Assembly (NCBI RefSeq): GCF_006345805.1
Contig: NC_043006.1
Location: 682,001 to 746,000 of the forward strand
Direction of reading: 5' to 3'
DNA: 64,000 nucleotides
Origin: Octopus sinensis
Taxonomy: Eukaryota
The notes beneath the pieces are model-generated. The model made no database searches and was not told the DNA's origin. It saw nothing but the letters and a program-made list of their open reading frames with translations. The position numbers and the translations under genes were made by a program. The stretch's first letter is position 1, and every line of letters begins with the position of its first letter. Below are positions 58,419 through 64,000 of this stretch, piece after piece.

Positions 58419-59592
58419 CATAAAAGAACTTGTAGTTCAATGAATCAACTGTAGGACTTATTATTAAGCATAGTACTCATTCTGTTGGTCTTTTTGCTGA
58501 ACTGCTAAGTTAGAAGGACTTAAACACACCAATACCAGTTATCAAGTGGTGGGGGACAAGCACTGACACACACACACACAAACACACCCAACGGACTTCT
58601 TTCAGTTTCCATCTACCAAATCTATGCAATAGCCTTGGGTTGGCCCAAGGCTATTGCAGAAAACACATGCCCAAGGTACCATGCTGTGGTACTGAACCTG
58701 GAACTGTATGGTTGGGAGCAAGCTTCTTACCACACAGCCATACCTTTCCAGTCTTTGCTAAAAACTTTTACCTTACTTATCTTCCCATCTCCACTACAAA
58801 TTCTTCAAAATTGTCTTTCTGTACTGTAATAAATTCCATAAAAATAATGGTTTCTAGAACAGCTGATATGATTTAAATGATACAATAGAGAAAATATTTG
58901 AGTGTTGTGACGAAGTTGATATAAATTATAGAAATGACTTTTACCTGAAATTTTGTCATGCCACAAGTTGTTGTCAACAAAGTTTTATTTGAGAAATTTG
59001 GTTAGAATTCCTCTGTTTTTAATTTTCCTATTGCTTTAAGGTAACTTTGATAGACTTAGCCACATTTATGAGTGTTGTCAAAGCAGTACATGTTGTTGCA
59101 GTTGTTATTGTTTAGTTTCAGGCCAGTCTTGACTGAACCCACCTGTGACTAAAGGTATTCCAGCTGTGACCATCCCACTTGATATACTACATACTGGACT
59201 ACATTATCCAACATGTCTTTCTCTTTTTTTTCAAGCAGGAAGGTGTGATATGAAGGGAATTCAGCTGCTATTTTTAGCAGATTGTGTGATCAGGTCACAC
59301 TCTCACACTCTTCTGTAAAGTACATGCAAAGGCAGTCCTTGCAGCTAATCTAGTTGAATTTGCTACCACTAGGGCTGTGAACTTAGTAAAACACATAAGT
59401 CTCCATAGACAATAGGATTTGGCATTTTTTTCTGTGTACGCCTCATGACTTATTTTAGTTTAGGTTTAAATTGATTCAGGGTCCTACATGTTAAGTGTAG
59501 CATTTTATTGGGAAGCCTGGAAGACCAAGGATTATACTGGAACACAAATGAATCCTAAGCAAAACAAAATAAAACGTAAATCAAATACTTAC

Positions 59593-59742
59593 CACATATA
59601 AGAAATATTTCACCAGCAGAGTGGTAATAATATATCTTCTTCGGCAACGGGGTGGTCAGCACACCACATATCGATAAAACTGCAGCTAAAGCACCAAAAG
59701 ATGCGGCAAACATCATCAAGCCAAGGACAGCGTTCTGCCAAT
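59593..59742 (-). CDS. PMP22/claudin-superfamily (TMEM47/PERP-like) internal coding exon, 150 nt
   Basis: Acceptor ctcttcatAG, donor G|GTAAGT, phase 1/1; xWQNAVLGLMMFAASFGALAAVLSICGVLTTPLPKKIYYYHSAGEIFLIC(A) joins in frame to 50300 across a 9292-nt intron. The WQ.A...L start of TM2 is typical. Upstream exon(s) not identified, probably beyond 64000. Confidence 0.88.
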
Positions 59743-60099
59743 CTATGAAGAGATGGTAAATATAGAATAAATATCATTCTTCTTATATGAATATTGGTTG
59801 TTAAGAATTACATATTGAATGTGAAGAAGTAATCAAAAGAGTGGAATAGTTTGTTTCAGTTGTTGATTGGTTTGAGCCAGCTATATATCCTGTGGGAGCT
59901 ACGAGTATAGGGAGAGTTTACAGAAAAAACAAAAGACGAAGACAGGTGGTGTAGAAAACAAACAGATGTATTAGTATAACGCTCAGGGATAGAAAAAGTC
60001 TTTTACGCTCTTCTACAGAAAGGGACACAGAAAAAAACAAGGAGAGAAACAAGGAGAGAAAAAAATGTGTGTAGTGGCTAACGATCTATCATGGCGACT

Positions 60100-60182
<83 letters not shown>

Positions 60183-60276
60183 ATCCAAACAAGAAAACAC
60201 AAAAAACACAACAACGCGAGGACGTGGAACAAATATAGTATTATTGGACGCTCAGGAAAGAAGGGAAGAAGGAGGA

Positions 60277-60309
60277 TTTAACGTTTCGAGCGGAGCTCTT
60301 CGTCGGAAA
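60277..60309 (-). ncRNA. Minimal hammerhead-like motif (CCGACGA-A variant)
   Basis: UUU-CCGACGA-A-GAGC(UCC)GCUC-GAAA-CG-UU|AAA; palindromic ACGU stem III. Confidence 0.6.
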
Positions 60310-60485
60310 CATAGGAGAAGGAAAGATCCCGAGAAGGGAAGACAGAGGAAAAAAATCGCCAACGGTACACACGAGGTCACATTTTGAAAGACCAGGGAGA
60401 GTTTACGAAAAAAACCAAAAGATGAAGACAGGTGGTGTACAAAACAAACAGATGTATTAGTATAACACTCAGGAATAGAAAAAGT

Positions 60486-60521
60486 CTTTTACGTTTCGAG
60501 CCTACGCTCTTCTACAGAAAG
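60486..60521 (-). ncRNA. Minimal hammerhead-like motif (CUGUAGA-A variant), copy 1
   Basis: CUUU-CUGUAGA-A-GAGC(GUAG)GCUC-GAAA-CG-UA|AAAG; A6 replaced by U. Confidence 0.55.
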
Positions 60522-60922
60522 GGACACAGAAAGAAACAAGGAGTGAAAAAAATGTGTGTAGTAGCTAAAGAAATTATAAAGAAAGTAATGATAATAATAA
60601 TAATAACAGTTTTACATAAAGTTCAAAGGTTTTTTGACGTCGTGGTGTATTGCAAGGATTTTTCATCAAGAGTAGAGTCCTCAGTGATCCGTAGGTAGGA
60701 GAGGTGCAGCCGGAGGATAAATATCCAAACGAGAATCCGTAAAGAGTAGATAGAAAGTCCAGCGCAGAAGTTCGTGTGTGATAAGAAATGACAAGATCAA
60801 TTGGTGCGACCACGTGAGTGTGTGATATATAGGGAGATATTACGAAAAAAAACAAAAGACGAAGACAGGTGGTGTAAAAAACAAACAGATGTATTAGTGT
60901 AACACTCAGGAATAGAAAAAGT

Positions 60923-60958
60923 CTTTTACGTTTCGAGCCTACGCTCTTCTACAGAAAG
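60923..60958 (-). ncRNA. Minimal hammerhead-like motif (CUGUAGA-A variant), copy 2
   Basis: Identical to 60486-60521, 437 nt away. Confidence 0.55.
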
Positions 60959-62099
60959 GAACACAGAAAAAAAAACAAGGGGAGAAACGAGGAGAGAAAA
61001 AATGTGTGTAGTGGCTACTGATCAATCATGGCGACTGGTATATATCATGGCTTCTAGTATATATGTGTGTATTAATCTGATCACATTTATCAGAATGGAC
61101 AATGGGCAGCTTCTGAAATATCTTTTCTATGATAAGTTGAAACAGTGTAAGTGTTGAATGGGTGTATGGTGCAAATGCTATGGATGCCTCTTTGAAGCTT
61201 CTCAGGAAGACTTCTGCATCAGTCCAGAAATAAGGACTAGTCTTAAGTCTAACACACACACACTTATAGAGCATGACATGGTCATGGCTGGATTTGGACT
61301 CAGAATATAAAGGATTATAACCAAATACAAGAAGGTATTTTGTTCAAGGCTTTAATGAATCTCACTAGCCATTAAAAATTGATTAACCTGTATTTGTGTA
61401 GGAATGTGTGGATGAGAAGTTCACTATCTAACTACGGATTCGAGTTCTGTCCCACTGCATGGCACCTTGGGCAAATGTCTTCTAGAACAGCCTTGAGTTG
61501 ACCAAAACCTTGTCAGTGGATTCAGTAAATAGAAACTAAAAGAAGCCCCTTTTGTGTATGTGTGTGTGTGTGTGTGTTGTGTGTGTGTGTGTGCACGTGT
61601 ATGTACCATCATCATCATCATTATCCTTTAACGTCCGTTTTCCATGCTGGCATGTGTTGGACGATTTGACCAGAGCTGGCAAGACAGGAGAGCTGCATCA
61701 AGTTCCAGTCTGATTCAGTTTGGTTTCTATGGCTAGATGACATTCCTAATGCCAACCACTTTAGAATGTGTGCTGGGTGCTTTTAAAATGGCATCAGTAT
61801 GAGTGCTTTTATGTGGAACCAACGTGTGTGCTTTTTTTTAGGGGCACTGGCGCGGAGCTCCTACAGGCCAATCTTCTTCATCCGATGGAGTGGCATTATC
61901 ATTTCTGCTGTTGTGGATGGGTCTTCTTGAGTTACACCATGGCACAGGATATCTCGATTCTTTGCAAGGGACAGTGTTCTGAGGTCATTCTTCAGTTCTT
62001 CATCCCACGTCTTCCCGGATCTCCCTCTTCCACGAGTTCCATCCTCTTTGAGTGATCAGAACTTCTTTATAGAGCTGTCAACATCCATCCGCAATATAT

Positions 62100-62337
62100 A
62101 TGTGTATGCGTGCATGCATGTGCGAGTGTGTATGTGCGTGTGTGTGTGCATCCATGTATGTGTGTGTATGTGTGTGTACATCCATGTGTGTGCGTGCATG
62201 TGCATGTGTGTGTGTAAGTGTGTGTGCATCCATGTATGTGTTATGTATGTGTCTGTGTGTATGTGTGTGTGTGTATGTGTGTGTGTGTGTATGTGCGTGT
62301 GTATGTGTGTGTATCCATGTGTGTGTGTGTGTGTGTT
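62100..62337. repeat. Degenerate (TG)n microsatellite inside a decayed SINE
   Basis: Direct reading. Confidence 0.93.
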
Positions 62338-62927
62338 TGTACCTCCTTGTCTTGACATTGTGTGATAATTGAAGTAAAAGTGTCAACACCATACAAAATG
62401 GTGTCATTCATTGCCAATCTTCCTTGAAAACATGTCCAGCCATTGGGAAATATTACCTTGCTTGCAAATAGGAGAGGAGTGGCAACAGGAAGAGCACCTG
62501 TCCATAAAAATCTGCCTCAACAAATTCAATCTGACCAAACAAGCATGGAGAAGTGGACATTAAACATTAACGATGATGATGAAGTTTCATTAATATTTCC
62601 TCGATCGAATCTTACTAAAATGTGTATCGTATGATCTGACATACACCACATGGAGAAGTCGTTGTGTGATGCACCACTGTACCAATATTTTATTGGAATC
62701 ACCATTATCAATGAACCAAATCTCTCCAAAATAAAATGCTTAGTTACTTTTCTTTACTTGTTTGAATGTTATCAGATAATTTTATTTCTAAATTTTTGAC
62801 ATATTCCTTAACCATTTTCAGTGCAATGGCATTCAATACATGGCAGCTGTAATCAGAAATGGCATCAAGACTCATGATGCCTTTCAGTAATCATGCATTC
62901 TTCCTGACATTCGGAGGCACAGAAAGC

Positions 62928-62971
62928 ACTTGGATAAACTTGGATAAACTTGGATAAACTTGGATAAACTT
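62928..62971. repeat. 10-bp tandem repeat (ACTTGGATAA) x4
   Basis: Direct reading. Confidence 0.95.
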
Positions 62972-64000
62972 CTCTTGGGGAATTTAGATGACATTCCAAG
63001 CCTACATTTTCTTTTGCTTGTTGCATCAAAAGATAAATTCTAACTTAAAAGAGATGTGGTGGCTGAGTTATTAACTTGCTGATCCTTTTCTCTGTATAGT
63101 TGCTTGGATTAATTCTTGATATCAACCCTCTTGAGACTGTCTCTTGTTCTACAATGCAAAATTTCTTTTTAAAAGTATCTAAACGAAAAACCTCCGTTAG
63201 GATTTCCTGTTTATTTATGTCCCAAACACCAGCTTAATAACGACGAAGATATTTTACTAAATTCTTCATTATTCTAAAAATTAATTGCAACAAAACCAGT
63301 GTATTTCAATAAAAATATGGTAATAAAACTGTTACAGTAATCTAAATTAAAACCTTTCATCAAAATTTCCTGTTAATTTTTGTTCAAAATACCAACCAGC
63401 TTAATAAAAATGATTAAGTATTTTATTAAGTTTTTTATTATTTTCCAAATTAACTGAAACAAAGTCAGTGTATTTCAGCGGAAATATCGTAATAAAACTG
63501 TTTATTGTATCTATATTCATTAGTCTATACAAATCTAAGATTTTTATAGACACTGCTGTGCCATCCATTCTAGTTATACCTGTTGTATAAGATTCTAAAG
63601 CTGCCTTCTTAATGCAGATGTTTAAATATGACAAATATGTCTGAGATCTGAAACAAAAAATAAATTTCTAGAGAACTAATTAAAACCAAGATCAATCATG
63701 TTGGGAAGATGTAACCAATTCTTATTGTTATATTTGCAATTAACAAAATCATTTATTACTTCATTTCACATTGTTTTATTTTTAATTACATTTGACAGAT
63801 AAATATATTTTCTGATTATTTAGAAGTATTATTATTTAAAAAAAAAATGTCTTCATTTATGATCAGATTTTAATTAAAATTATTACTAAATATACGACAA
63901 TCTATTGTGTATTTTAAATTTCCTTCATTTGCCCAATTAGGGAAATGTAGAAATTTCATATATATTACTGCTGTTGCTGCTGCTACTACTGTATCATCAT

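Larger units (their letters stand above)
59909..61037 (-). mobile_element. Cluster of Penelope-type pseudo-LTR / retrozyme-like direct repeats (about 59909-60098, 60395-60570, 60830-61037) plus a second-family unit (60178-60390)
   Basis: Three about 180-210-bp copies (agggagagtttac...gacgaagacaggtggtgta...gatgtattagtataacgctcagg...catggcgact) with hammerhead-like motifs on the minus strand. Confidence 0.75.

Noticed and set aside
62526-62729. Candidate upstream exon of the TMEM47-like gene
   Set aside because: No hydrophobic TM1, no W-GLW-C-C signature and no convincing splice sites.
62800-63060. hAT-Charlie dimerisation-domain relic (KA..VLMPF) on the minus strand
   Set aside because: Single short motif; insufficient support.

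Overview
Eukaryotic, AT-rich, repeat-dominated genomic DNA. The SINE families, (TA)n/(ATAG)n/(AAT)n microsatellite load and TE spectrum look like an octopus or other coleoid cephalopod (inference, no search run). Left part (1-25 kb, CpG-intact): a locally duplicated cluster of intron-containing tRNA-Lys(TTT) genes (3 intact, 1 pseudogene), Helitron and hAT non-autonomous elements, CRE, Dong/R4 and RTE LINE fragments, and many tRNA-derived SINEs. Right part (>25.5 kb, visibly CpG-depleted): a dead mariner transposase, very long microsatellites, and the last two coding exons of a minus-strand PMP22/claudin-superfamily (TMEM47/PERP-like) gene. The introns of that gene carry the most interesting signals, all on its sense strand. 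One is a canonical minimal hammerhead ribozyme between perfect 117-bp inverted repeats (56938-57333). The other is a cluster of hammerhead-like direct repeats (59909-61037) resembling Penelope pseudo-LTRs/retrozymes. Nearly all ORFs in the supplied track are microsatellite or TE noise.
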